Positions 13,919 through 27,478 are shown, numbered from the whole stretch's first letter. The stretch is DNA of 63,450 nt, filler included, from Octopus bimaculoides (GCF_001194135.2; 7 parts of 6 records of this genome joined end to end with filler, not necessarily neighbours in it); one strand, 5' to 3'. Made by a program: numbers and translations. Notes: generated by a model from the letters alone, not told the origin.

Positions 13919-14461
13919 GTGTATGTGTGTGTGTGTGTGTGCGTGCGTGTGTGTTTGTAGGCGAGCGCAGGTATGTGTATGTATATATGTTTTTGTCTGC
14001 TTACATACAAACATGCAAATATGCGTGTGCGTATGTTTGTATATGTGCATGTGTTCCGCTTTTTTATGTTATCTATCTTGTATCCCATTATGCTCCTTAA
14101 GATAGAGATTTGATAAATAAATTCCGATACACTTAATTACTGTGCTCTACCAATATTCTGTCGGGAAACATTTACGGAAATGTCATACCCATGACATCCA
14201 GGTGTCTATTGACGTTACGGAACGAAATGATGGGAACCCGAGGATTGAAAAAGCTATCATCATTAACAAAACTATATCATGTATTAACAAAGGGACGGAG
14301 CTGCACACAGCTGATTGGCTGTTATAGCAACGCTATGCTGAGTACGCAAAGTAGCCCTCCATATGCACACACACACACACACAAACACACATACATACAC
14401 ACATTACGAAACAGGAAAAATGCGCTCGCAACACCAAACCTCCGAAAATTTCCTAAAGAAC

Positions 14462-14520
<59 letters not shown>

Positions 14521-14655
14521 CGATGATGATGATAATGATGATGATGATGACGACGACGACGATAGAGATGATGATGATGATGATGGCGATGATGACGACG
14601 ACGATGACGACGATGATGATGATGATGGTGGTGGTGGTGATATTGATGATGATAA
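14462..14655. repeat. (GAT/GAC)n microsatellite
   Basis: Triplet run that explains the poly-D/M/H/S ORFs. Confidence 0.95.
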
Positions 14656-15087
14656 CGGTAAAGAGTAAAACAGCAACAGTGGGACCCAGTTAGAATTTTC
14701 TTCATGTCGAGGATCCCATCCCGCTCAAAAGGTCCCTGAATAAGGTTTGTTTAAGGATGATGAACGAAACACCCATGTTTCCAGAGATAAATTATTCAAA
14801 CCCCAAAGATTTCTTCTCAAAACATGGCTATGATACTCCCACATTATTCCTGCTCGTGATCAGAGATGCACATATTGCCTGCTACTAGGGGACATGTTTA
14901 AAGTTAAGGTTAAGGTCAATTCAACCAACTGGTTAAGGTCAAACAACTGACAAGCAAATCTGTGGTATTGAGCAGAATATTTACTGTAGCCCCTCTTTTA
15001 TACCAAGTCAAAATATGTACATGATATCACTTCCAATCAGTTGCTATCGAAAGCCGTGACAGTCACTGCCTAGTACTGAGTCAGGGT

Positions 15088-15183
<96 letters not shown>

Positions 15184-15185
<2 letters not shown>

Positions 15186-15392
15186 GGGGGCGAGCTGGCA
15201 GAATCGTTAGCACGCCGGACGAAATGCTTAGCGGTATTTCGCCCGTGGCTACGTTTGAGTTCAAGTTGCACCGAGGTCCACTTTACCTTTCACCATTTCG
15301 GGGTCGATAAATTACGTACCAGTTGGGTACTGGGGTCGATGTAATCGACTATCCCCCTCCCCCAAATTTCAGGCCTTGTGCCTAATATAGAA
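15184..15392 (+). mobile_element. SINE family B (tRNA head plus a central domain resembling the Meta-SINE domain)
   Basis: A-box-like agctggcagaatcg, B-box-like gagttcaa, central ctttcaccatttcggggtcgataaattacgtacc and an (ATT)n tail. Confidence 0.9.
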
Positions 15393-15458
15393 ATTATTAT
15401 TATTATTATTATTATTATTATTGTTATTATTATTATCACCGTCATTATTATTGTTATT

Positions 15459-15667
15459 AAGGTAGCAAGCTGGCTGAATCGTTAGCACGCCGGGTAAAAT
15501 GCTTAGCGGCATTTCGTCCGTCCTTACGTTCTGAGTTCAAATTCCGCCGAGGTCGACTTTGCCTTTCATCGGGTTCGATGAATTAAGTACCAATGACAAA
15601 TTGGAGTCGATGTTATCGACTAGTCCCCTCCTAAAAAACGTCAGGCCTTGTGCTCTTAGTAAAAAGG
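15459..15667 (+). mobile_element. SINE family B
   Basis: Aligns to 15184-15392. Confidence 0.9.
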
Positions 15668-15729
15668 AACCTATACGCCAATGAAACCGCCCCTTAAGAG
15701 CCAGCTGGTGCTGGTCGTGGTAGTGATGG

Positions 15730-16235
<506 letters not shown>

Positions 16236-16420
16236 AAGGAAGTCATCAGTACGAAATATTAACCTGGAGCGTCAAAAGAAGAAGATAGAAAAAAAAAGTG
16301 TTTCTTTTGATTTTTCAAATTGCGCATTGCTTGTTACGGATTAGTTGATCATCGCATTAGCTGGCAGTGATTATCAAAACCCTGTTATCTGGCGCTTGGA
16401 AACGCCAGAACACACATGCA

Positions 16421-16463
<43 letters not shown>

Positions 16464-16629
16464 TACATGTTCACAGATACATACGTGTGTATGTGCGTGG
16501 ATGCATATAGATGTGTCTGTGTATGTGTATGTATGTGTGTGTGTGTGTGTGTGTGTGTTAACGCGCTCATTACGTATATACTCAGCATGTAAGCGTTAAC
16601 TAAACTATTCAGGCCTCCTCCGCATCTGT

Positions 16630-16695
<66 letters not shown>

Positions 16696-17248
16696 TTTGG
16701 GTACGTATGAGAGTATGTGCGTATGTGTCTGTGTGCGAATATGTTGTATGTGCGTACACACAAACACACACACACANNNNNNNNNNNNNNNNNNNNNNNN
16801 NNNNNNNNNNNNNNNNNNNNNNNNNNTATATATATATATATATATATATATATTCACACAAGTACATATATGTATACACACGGATACATGCCTCCATACA
16901 TAAATATATAGAAACGATGGGAGATGAACAGCTACGTTAGCTAAGTTTTGTATATTGAATATAGGTGTAATTTGTGGTGTATGCATGTACTTAGATGTGT
17001 GTGTGTGTTTGCGTGTTTGGCTGTGTGCATGTATACATACATACATGCATGCATACATAAGGAAAGATTGCATTTACCGACGAAGGCATTCCTGAACACA
17101 TACACACGGACATACATATACACAAACATACATGTATACATGTAATTAGATAGACAGAAAGAGAAAAAAGATGTGGAGACAAAGAGGGAGGTAGACATAG
17201 AGAGTTTGAAAAAGAGAGGGGGACACAGAGAGAGAGCGAGAGAGAAAG

Positions 17249-17319
<71 letters not shown>

Positions 17320-18289
17320 CAGAAATATGTATGGCAGGTTGTGTATACATCCTAGATAGATTTTTTCCATAATTATATGTATATTTACACATACATACGA
17401 ATATGTAACTCTACAGAAGCACATACACACACACCCATACACGCACATACACAACACACATATTCACGTGACATGAGTATTGAAGATGAAGGTTCATAAA
17501 CATCTATGCGGCTGCGTATTTATGCTTGTGCGTGTGTTTATACATTCATGCGTATGTGTGCGTCTGCGTGTGCGCGTTGATCGCATGCGGTCGCGAGTTT
17601 CTTTGAAACAAACGATACGGAAATACATTAGTCAATTTAATGTTGTGCCTTTCCTACTCTCTAACAGCTTATTATTATCGGAATGGGAATGCATTTCGGT
17701 AACTATATATATGATAAAGAGAAGAAAGCGTAGCTGAATTTTCGGTAATACTTATAGTACATCTTTGAGTGTGATTGAGCCGGAAGGTTGTTTAAGGGTT
17801 CATTATATAATGTATTTGTAAGCGAATGCATGAAGATATAGAATGAACCACGCTAATTAATAACCTATTTTTATCCTTCTGCCATGTGTATATGATAATC
17901 TAGCTTAACGTTCATTTACACCCTCAATCTCACGAGCTAACGAGAAACCCCAGCGCGCAATTGTTCAAATTGCTAAAAATAATAAGCAAATTTTCTCGAA
18001 TCGTATTTCAGCATCTCAAAAAGCAGGACATAGAACAATGTATGTCTCGACGAACGAAAAGGTAGGATAATCAAAACTATTAAAAACACTCTCGTCTCTA
18101 TTTTACGATTTATCTTTGATATTCCCTCTTAGTTCGGCTTTTGACAGTATTGATCTATTGTTTTTTAACGCGGCATTCTGTAGGTTCAATTTCAGATCAG
18201 ATTTTACTTGTTTCATAACTTCTGCTATTTTTCTCTTTTTTTTTTTTTTTTTTTGAATCTCACTACGCAACACCTCTTCTATGGTCTCC

Positions 18290-18447
18290 TCGGTGGATAA
18301 AATGCTTCGCGGCATTCCATGGGGGCTTAAGGTCTGAGTTCAAATTTCCCCAAAGTTCACTTTTCCTTTAATCGTGCTGAGGTCCGTAAAATAAGTACCA
18401 GTCAAGTACTGGGATCCATGTAATCGACTATGCTAAAATTTGAAATC
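18290..18447 (+). mobile_element. SINE family B, degenerate
   Basis: Retains ctgagttcaaattt...aaaataagtaccagt...gtaatcgacta. Confidence 0.7.
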
Positions 18448-18510
18448 ATCATCATCATCATCACTATCATTATCATTATTATTATTATTATTATCATTAT
18501 TATCATCATC

Positions 18511-18541
<31 letters not shown>

Positions 18542-18577
18542 CTACCATCACCATCGTCGTCATCATCATCATCATTT

Positions 18578-18779
18578 AGGGTAGCGAGCTGGGAGAATTG
18601 TTAGCACGCGGGACGAAATGTTTAGCAGTATTTCGTCCGTCTATATGTTCTGAGTTGAAATTCTACCGTGGTTGACTTTGCCTTTCGTCTTTTCTTTTCG
18701 GTGTGGCTAAATTAAGTACCAGTGAAACACTAGTCCCTTACCCCAAAAATTGCAGGCCTCGTGCCTATTAGTAGAAAAG

Positions 18780-18780
<1 letters not shown>
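18578..18780 (+). mobile_element. SINE family B
   Basis: Aligns to 15184-15392 and lies between (ATC)n tracts. Confidence 0.88.
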
Positions 18781-18836
<56 letters not shown>

Positions 18837-18837
18837 T

Positions 18838-19051
18838 AGGGCAGTGAGCTGGCTGAATCGTTAGCACGTTGGATGACATGCTTAGCAGCATTTTATGTCT
18901 GCATGCTCTGAGTTCAAATTTCCACCGAGGTCGACTTTGCCTTCCATTGTTTTGAGGTCGATAAAATAAGTTCCAGTTGAGCCCTGGAATCGATGTAATC
19001 CCCTTACGCGCTCGCTCGAAAATTGCTGGCCTTGTGCCAAAAGTTGAAACC
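18838..19051 (+). mobile_element. SINE family B
   Basis: Aligns to 15184-15392 and starts directly after the (ATC)n tail of the previous copy. Confidence 0.88.
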
Positions 19052-19062
19052 ATTATTATCAT

Positions 19063-19120
<58 letters not shown>

Positions 19121-19236
19121 GGTGGTGGAAGAAGAGNNNNNNNNNNNNNNNNNNNNNNNNNNNNNNNNNNNNNNNNNNNNTTAATTAATTAANNNNNNNN
19201 NNNNNNNNNNNNNNNNNNNNNNNNNNNNNNNNNNNN

Positions 19237-19294
<58 letters not shown>

Positions 19295-19402
19295 CACGCG
19301 TGCGCGCGCATACACACTCTCTCACACGTATATGCACACACACTCTCTCTTTCGCTACATCTCTATCTCACCTTCACTACCTACTTTCTTTTCTTTCTCT
19401 TT

Positions 19403-19441
<39 letters not shown>

Positions 19442-19652
19442 CTATTTCACTTACCCTTTCTCTCCCGTTCCCTCCCTCTTCTTTTTTCCTCTAATCTTCA
19501 TATCTAAAACCCTCGTTGGATTTAGAAAGAAAAACCTTATTAGCAATTCTTCTTTTTCTTCTTCTTCTTTTTCTTCTTCTTCTTATTATTATTATTCTCC
19601 TCCACTTCCTCCTCTTTTTTATTCTCCTTATCTTTCTTCATCTCCATCTTCA

Positions 19653-19693
<41 letters not shown>

Positions 19694-19695
19694 TA

Positions 19696-19905
19696 AAGAC
19701 GGTGAGGTGGCAGAATGATTAGCCAAACAAAATACTTAGCAGCATTTCATCCGTCTTTACGTTCTGAGTTCAAATCCCGCTGAGATCGACTTTGCCTTTC
19801 ATCTTTTCAAGGTCCATAAAATATGTACCGGTTGAGCACTGGGGTCGATGTAATTGACTAGTCTTTACCTGTGAAATCACTAGCCTTGTGCCAAAGTTTG
19901 AAACC
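19696..19905 (+). mobile_element. SINE family B
   Basis: Aligns to the other copies and starts after an (AGT)n tract. Confidence 0.88.
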
Positions 19906-20330
19906 ATTATTATTATCTTGTTCCACGATATCCTCCTCTTCTTTTCATTTTTCCTCTTCTTTCTTCTTCTTCGTCTTCTCTCTTTCTCTCTCTTTTTATT
20001 CTTACAGTAAATTGCAGAGATTTGTAATCTACATGTGACAACGTTGTTAGGAATTTAAAATTCCATCCACTGAAATTTTCCATTTCTTACTTATATATTT
20101 ATCAGCAACCGCTAATTTAGCATGCGGCAGAAAGTACCGAGATTTTAACTTGCTTCAGATTATAATGAAACAGTATGTGCATGTATGTATGTATGTATGT
20201 ATGTATGTATGTATGTATGTATGTATGTATGTGAGTTGAGTGATAGAGAAAGAAAGAGAGAGAGAGGTGGATAGATAGATAGATACATACATACATACAT
20301 ACATACATACATACATACATACACAATTAA

Positions 20331-20663
20331 GAGGAATGACCACCAAGGTGTACACCTAATGTGCTAAAGATAGACGTCAAATCGCCTTACCACGAAGAGT
20401 GTGTTCTCAAGAAAAATTTCAGCAAAACACCAGAATGTAAAAATGAGCAAGAAAAATACCTCCAAATATAATTTGCAGAATTTTATACATGAAACCATTG
20501 GTACGTAGGTAATCGTTTTTTATTTCCTATATTTTCATTTGTCTTGCTCATTTTTACATTCTGGCATTTTGCTGAAACTTTTGTTGAGAACACACTCTTC
20601 GTGGTAAGGCGATTTGACGTCTATTTTTAGCATATTAGGTGTCCTCCTTGGTGGTCATTCCTC
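20331..20663. mobile_element. Foldback MITE with 127-bp TIRs and TTAA TSD (Kolobok-like purine-starting ends)
   Basis: 20331-20457 and 20537-20663 are reverse complements with about 9 mismatches. TTAA is at 20327-20330 and 20664-20667, and the termini are GAGG...CCTC. Confidence 0.85.
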
Positions 20664-20768
20664 TTAATTTTATACGTAATATAATTTTAAATCTTCGGAT
20701 TTTTTAAAATATGCCAAGCCACTGGTTTTAATTGATTAATATTAATTTCTACCCTCATTATTTAATTT

Positions 20769-20806
<38 letters not shown>

Positions 20807-20949
20807 TGCGTATCAACTAGTATTAACATATAAGTGTTAATGGTTAATATATTTAATGTTGGGATCATTAAAAATTCACCTACAACTGTTTATGTATTAA
20901 GACATGCATTTTAAACAACCAGCTAAATCTGTAGCTAAGTAGATAAGTC

Positions 20950-21610
20950 AAATGGTGTTGGCATGTAGAATGTTTACTAGTAAGACAAAACAAAAGAAAA
21001 CTAATATAAAGGTAGGTAGACAGAAGATTAAAGAAGTAAAAAGTTTTAAGTATATATTTAGGACGAATAATAAATCAGAAATTTCGCTGTGTAGAAGTCA
21101 ATCAAAAACTAAATAAGGATAAAACAACATTTATAAGAATGAAAAAGATTTTCAACTCAAAAACATAACACTGCACCAAAAAATCGAGGCTAGTAAATTG
21201 TTACTTTTAGTCCATTGTCTTCTACGAGTCAGAAACTTGGACAATGTGTACAGAGCAATGGAGATAGTTATCTCTAAGTTGTGGATCTTTTGCAGGTTGG
21301 GTGGAATAAGCTGGAAGGGCAGGATAACAAACGCTGTAGCACTAGAAAATCTGGAAGCCCAAAGACACCTATTATCGAGAATCAAGTGCACATAGCTATC
21401 GTATATCCAGTCCGTTTGGAGATGTGAAGGGGAAGAGATTAAGAGACCATCAAGACGTTTATAGATTGAAGGCATAAAAAACACTAAACTATAAACAAGA
21501 GCTTGAATGATTGCATGCATGCAGCACAACACTGAGGGAACTGTAGAGACTTGTTGGCTAGCTGACTCCGGAACATACGTAGAGCACCTCCTGGCTGATG
21601 ATGGTGATAG
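20950..21610 (+). pseudogene. RTE-clade LINE 3' fragment
   Basis: Frameshifted motifs SIVFYESETWTM and ISWKGRITN...LLSRIK, with a gatgatggtgat tail. Confidence 0.75.
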
Positions 21611-21689
21611 AAAATGTTACAATTTAATATGCGTATAGCTGGAACAATATCTACCTGTTATCGTAGTTTCATAGAGGATATAAGAATTA

Positions 21690-22079
21690 TGTTTTTTGTT
21701 AGCACTCCGTCGCTTACGACTTCGAGGGTTCCAGTTGATCCGATCAGCGGAACAGCCTGCTCGTGAAATTGACGTGCAAGTGGCTGAGCACTCCACAGAT
21801 ACGTGTACCCTTAACGTAGTTTTCGGGGATATTCAGCATGACACAGTGTGACAAGGCTGGCCCTTTGAAATACAGGTACAACAGAAACAGGAAGTAAGAG
21901 TGAGAGAAAGTTGTGGTGAAAGAGTACAGCAGGGTTTGCCACCATCCCCTGCCGGAGCCTCGTGAAACTTTATGTGTTTTCGCTCAATAAACACTCACAA
22001 CGCCCGGTCTGGGAATTGAAACCGCGATCCTATGACCGCGAGTCCTCTGCCCTAACCATTGGGCCATTGCGCCTCCACT
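21690..22079 (-). mobile_element. SINE family C, full length
   Basis: tRNA-like head (tggcccaatggtta ... gtttcaattcc). Near-perfect TSD GATATAAGA(A)TTA at 21677-21689 and 22080-22091. Matches 47901-48293. Confidence 0.93.
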
Positions 22080-22685
22080 GATATAAGATTAGCACTAGCA
22101 AAACAAACAAACATGGTAGGATTTTGTAAGTACAAACATTATGTTTCTTCAATTCCGGGCGGTGGATTGGTAGAATTTTTTCAGTGGTGGGCAAAATGCC
22201 TTGTGGTAATTAATTTCGCTTTCTTATCTTCTGCATACAAATTCAATCAGTGTTCAGTTTTGTCTTTACTCCTTATATGTACTATAAAGTAAATACTGAT
22301 AAAATGTTGACATTGATTTTGAATGGTGGGTCCTCTCTGATAAAAGATATGGTAATGTGCCAAAGATAGAAATCATATTAAAGTTGAAATTCTTCGCATT
22401 GCATAATTACAAGTAATTTTTGCAAATATATTAAATTGAAATGAAAACTCCGAATATTAAATATAACTTCTAATACACTTCTTTATATATTTTCTCTGAC
22501 CAAAATTATTTAATGAGATATATAATTTTAAATAGATACTGTAGCTATCTTTGATTTAATTTCATTAATATGTAATAGTTTTATATTTTAAAACTTAACA
22601 AAATAGTCTGAAGGAACACGATACGACGAATATATATATATATATGTCCGGCACACCGATTTATGTTCAACCACCTCATGTCGGA

Positions 22686-22720
<35 letters not shown>

Positions 22721-22722
<2 letters not shown>

Positions 22723-23157
22723 GGGACGTGGAAAAGGCCTTAACGATGAAGAAAAGTCTGTCATTATCAAGTAAAATGCTAAAAGCACCTCTCTTCATGT
22801 CATTGCGGAGAGGCTAGGTCGTCATGTGGACATGGTTAGACGATTTCTGAAGGACCCTATGCCAAGGAGGAAATGATCCGATTGTGAGACCTTCCAGACT
22901 GTAATAACTAGGGATTTAAGGGATATTGGCCGCAAGTTACGTGGGAAACCTGGCAAAACAAGCAAAGCTATTTTCACCAACTGCGGACTTCCTCATGTAC
23001 CGGAAACCACCAGAAATCGCATCCTCGAGACCATGGCTTCCGTACGAGAACCCTGGAAACTGCTTCCTTTAACATCCTGTCACAGGAGTTAGAGACTTCA
23101 ATAGGCCCAAAAGTATATGATGTTAGGCATGAGTTGTGTTCTATTCACTGACGAAAC
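22721..23157 (+). pseudogene. Tc1/Tc3-like transposase N-terminal half, truncated after the first catalytic Asp
   Basis: MGRGKGLNDEEKSVIIK*...IAERLGRHVDMVRRFLKDP...VLFTDETR; contains in-frame stops. Confidence 0.8.
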
Positions 23158-23636
23158 CAGGGTTGTACTGAAAAGTTCTTGGCTTTGGGTAAAAAGAAAC
23201 TGCAGAAGGATCAATTAGTTATGATTTTATTCAACATGTTCCTCTCTCAGACTGACAGCGGCCCTTCAGTTATTCTAAGCCCTCTAAAAGAACTCGGAAG
23301 GTTGGGCCTACAGCCAGGCTATCGCGATGCCCTTAACACTAGAAGAACCAACATTTCTTACTTCCTACCTGGACCATAGCGGTCATTTTTGATCGACACT
23401 ATTTAATACAATTTATTTTATATATAAGCTAATGTAGTGAATAAAGGATTTGAAAATACAGTCTTTTAGAATTTATTTACGCACAATATATATATATATA
23501 CAAATATATGAAATGATGCTCATAACTGCACATTCAATACAGTCGTAGAAATTAAAAAGTAAAAAGCAAATGCGTTCATAAATGACCGTTCGATACTTCT
23601 AGTAATTAAGCTGGGAACTTTTCAACACCCCCCTCG
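23158..23636 (+). mobile_element. Mariner-derived MITE, interrupted
   Basis: Imperfect TIRs share tgaaaagttc. The right end gaacttttcaacacccccctcg is followed by TA at 23637-23638. Confidence 0.7.
23337..23605. mobile_element. piggyBac-like MITE nested in the mariner MITE
   Basis: TTAA at 23333-23336 and 23606-23609. Ends are cactagaag / cttctagta, with a subterminal cggtcatttNtga motif at both ends in inverted orientation. Confidence 0.7.
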
Positions 23637-24477
23637 TATATGTGTGTGTGAGTGTGTGTACATGCATATATGTATGTATACATATTTTTGGCACAAAATT
23701 TGTCCACAGAGAAATGAGAGTACTCAATTGAAGATCAAAAGTTTCCAATAATTCATTACAATTATCAGAAACCTATTAAGTTCTCTAACTCTTACTCCGA
23801 GTTTCACAATTCCTATTTTTCCGACGATAGTGAAGAATATAATAATGATGGATAGTGTATATAATCTTATATAAGGAAAACAAATCCCAAGAAAAATTTT
23901 TCATAGGGAATATAAACAAAATATATGCAGAAAAATACGGTAAGTTTTGAATTTGCTGCTGGTATCTAAGAGGATACCGAAAGAAAACGTTATCTTAGTT
24001 TAATATGACTGAGTGAATATACTAGAAATTTGATTTCGTGTATATTTACACGTGTGCATGCATGGAGGTAGATGTGCATGCATGTGGGAGAGTAGCTATT
24101 TCCTCGTATGCATATGTTAGTGCATTCGTACTTCCATATATATAAATGCATCCATGTAAGTGCAGATATATATATTTGTACATCTATGCATGTGTACGTA
24201 CGGGTGCCCATGAGCATAAAATGCGTGAATGAATGCATATGCATTTAAATAGGTGTGTGCGCATGATTATGTGTGTATATATATATATATATATATTGCA
24301 TGTGTGTAGGCATATATATATGTTTATATATGTATATTCACACATATTTACATATATTCATATGTAAATATATGTATGTTCATACATATTACATATATTC
24401 ATGCTGTTTTATGTATGTATATATGTGTGTGTATATGTGAATATATATATACATACATACACGTATATATATGTATG

Positions 24478-24523
<46 letters not shown>

Positions 24524-25295
24524 CATATGTATACGTATTTACATATGTATACGTATTTACATATGTATATGCATATGTGTGTGTGAGTTGTTATAGATGG
24601 GTACGTGCAAACATCCACACGTATGTATATGTTTGCATTCATGTTTTTATACAATGTGTATATTACTGTATTGCACGTTTTCTTTCACAGTAAAATCCCC
24701 TTTAACTACCATATCTTCATTTCCGATTCTTTCCTATATCGGTCGACACTGCTTCATGTATCATGCTTCATTGCTTTCAAACTCATGTTTGCTTCAAAAT
24801 TATTTATTTTCAATTTATATTTTCATTTATAATTTCGTTATATTCGTTCTCGTGTCAATTAAGTATTTTTTTTCTTTATGCTTATATTTATATTCACATT
24901 CTATAGCTGTATACGTATTATAGGTTTAACTACATGAATTAAAATGCGTTTGTCTGCCTATGTATGCGCATGTATACGTGTGTGCCAGAATGGGATTTTA
25001 TGCGCATATGTACACGTATGTATCTGTATCTGTGTGTGTGTGCGTGTGTTTGCAAGCGCACACCTGTGTAGTTACGTGCGAATATGTGTGCTTGTGTGTA
25101 TGAATGTGCGAGCATCGATGTACGTGATTGTTTATGTAGCTATGTAATATATCGTGTGGAATCAAAAATTGTGCAGTATTTCGCAACTTATCTGCTTTAT
25201 TCGTCAAGGTACAATAAAAGCAGCCTACCATTCAGAGTAGAGCCATCGAGTAGCACCGTCTGAAACCACTATTTCAACTAAACATTATAACGTCA

Positions 25296-25873
25296 TTGTA
25301 TACTGTCAACTTAATGTGACAGTCCTAATAAGGGAATCATACTGCTGCTATCTAGCACTAGGAAGCTGGATCGCTTCCTGTCGGCCTTGACACATTTCCT
25401 GTGTCCTTGTATTTGCGAGGGGGGAGACAAGCACCTCCACCCAGCCAAGTGTGCATTCAAGTACATGTTTCTGAGTCATTGCTCGTCATCAGCTTGAAGT
25501 AGCAACACCAGCTGGCTGAAGATGGATGTCAAACCCTCGCAAATATATATTTTTAGTGAAATCATATTCACTGATTACAAAAATTAGAAATGATCTAATT
25601 ATAAATCTCACTGAGAGAATTAAGCAGCAGTGTTACGATAAAGCAGTTGTATACTGTCAACTTAATATGACAGTCCCAATAAGAGAATCATACTGCTGCT
25701 ATTTAGCCCTAGGAAGCTGGACCGCTTCCTGTCCGCCTTGACACATTTCCTGTGTGTGTGTGTGACACATTTCCCTTATTGGGACTGTCACATTAAGTTG
25801 ACAATATACAACTGCTTTATCGTAACACTGCTGCTTAATTCTCTCAGTGAGATTTATAACTAAATCATTTCTA
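25296..25873 (-). mobile_element. Retrozyme-like HHR element: 351-bp unit with 109-bp direct repeat plus a 5' inverted partial copy
   Basis: Direct repeat 25296-25404 / 25647-25755 (7 mismatches). Inverted repeat 25582-25687 / 25771-25876 (5 mismatches). TSD ATTATAA[C/T]GTCA at 25284-25295 and 25874-25885. Confidence 0.8.
25456..25498 (-). ncRNA. Minimal type-I hammerhead ribozyme motif
   Basis: Minus strand reads UUCAAG-CUGAUGA-C-GAG-caauga-CUC-A-GAA-ACAUGU-A-CUUGAA. It has a 6-bp stem I, canonical core, palindromic stem III and GUA triplet. Confidence 0.85.
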
Positions 25874-26506
25874 ATTATAATGTCACTGGCTTTAAATACG
25901 TTAGCGTATACCGACCTTTCTCTCTGACTCTCTTCCTACCCTTGTATTTAATTGTTTCATTTACCACAATTATTCCTAATAAGCATTTTATTGTTACTTC
26001 TGTGTCTATCTTTCTATCTATGTTTTTATCAATCCCTCTCACAATATAACTATGTCTAGCCACCCCGTTATTACTTCCTACATAAAATATGCTAAAATTA
26101 ATTCAAGTAGACAGCAGACTGAAGAAATAAATATAAATATAAGTTGGTTATAGCTAATACATAATTAATATTTAATATTCTATATTAATAGTTAATGTTT
26201 AACATATAATATTGATAGTTGATATTTAATATTAATAATTAATATTCATTTAATAATTATGTTTCAATTTTGCAGAATTAGCAAAACTTTATTGTCACCT
26301 TCTTAGTTGGTAATTTCCCAATAAAATACAGCACCTATAAATCTTCAAAAATGTGAGAGTTGATTTGTCCGTATGGTTAAAAGGTTCACTTCGAAATTAT
26401 GCGAATCGGTGTTCAATTCCATTGCCCGGCACATTGAGTAAACGACTTCTAACATATCCTTGGGTTTGCCTGAGGTTAGTGAAACTCGAGAAACAGAAAC
26501 CTTTGG

Positions 26507-26540
<34 letters not shown>

Positions 26541-26559
26541 TGTCACCTGTCTCAGCCAG

Positions 26560-27200
26560 ACTATAGAATGATGTACCCCGTTAATCACAATGCGCTTTCA
26601 GTTCTCTCTTGATTGCACTCTTCCATTTTGTTCCAAACCACTTAATGGTTTTCGCATCAAGCTAAATGTTTTTCCCATCATCATGGAGGTTTCCCGAGTG
26701 GTCTTTTCCAAGTTCTTGGATACCACTCGACAACTGTTTGGGTCCAGCTGTTCTTTGCGAACTTTTGCGACGCACCTGGCTCAGCAAAATTTCTGCTTTC
26801 AATATTCTACGGTGATATCATTCACTCCGTTCTTGAATTACTTCATTTCGGATTTTTTCTTGCAATGATATTCCTAGCATGGATCTTTCCATGGTCATTC
26901 GTGTAGTCAATCGATGTTCTTTCCTTTTGCATATAAGTGTTAGGACAGTGCCACTGAAGAGACTGGCACGTAGGATCCTGATCAACTTTGCTTTGGGCAT
27001 ATCGTTTATCGAGGCAAACACCATTCATCCTGCCCTTGTACTCCACGAGATCTCAGTGTTCATGCTTCGACGTATATCCACTGTGTGCCTCAACTCCTTC
27101 TTTTCGTTAGCTCTTCGACATCGTCTCTTACCACCTCTTTTCGTCCTCGTACTACGTCTTCTGACTGCATGTATTTTGTTTTCATGCGCTTTATTCTAAG
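26560..27200 (-). pseudogene. RTE-clade LINE 3' fragment
   Basis: Minus-strand peptide ...HRLTTRMTMERSMLGISLQEKIRNEVIQERS matches RTE C-terminal regions. Confidence 0.8.
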
Positions 27201-27218
27201 TCCAACAGCTAAACTATA

Positions 27219-27249
<31 letters not shown>

Positions 27250-27256
<7 letters not shown>

Positions 27257-27478
27257 CTTTACTACCCACAAGGGGCTACACACAGAGGGGACAAACAAGG
27301 ACAGACAAACGGATTAAGTCGATTATATCGACCCCAGTGCGTAACTGGTACTTATTTAATCGACCCCGAAAGGATGAAAGGCAAAGTCGACCTCGGCGGA
27401 ATTTGAACTCAGAACGTAGCGGCAGACGAAACACCGCTAAACATTTCGCCCGGCGTGCTAACGTTTCTGCCAGGTCGT
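27250..27478 (-). mobile_element. SINE family B subfamily with an alternative 3' tail
   Basis: Head and central domain as in family B; the tail is gtccttgtttgtcccctctgtgtgtagccccttgtggg. Confidence 0.88.

Noticed and set aside
19181-19192. TTAATTAATTAA islands inside N runs (also at 32476, 41591, 49529, 52321 and 58988)
   Set aside because: Each is centred in a 100-bp spacer (44 N on each side where I counted) and has stops in all six frames. It is a scaffolding linker, not biology.
23145-23175. CTGACGA...GAAA motif
   Set aside because: It is the FTDET coding sequence of the Tc1 fossil joined to a mariner TIR, and the stems do not form.
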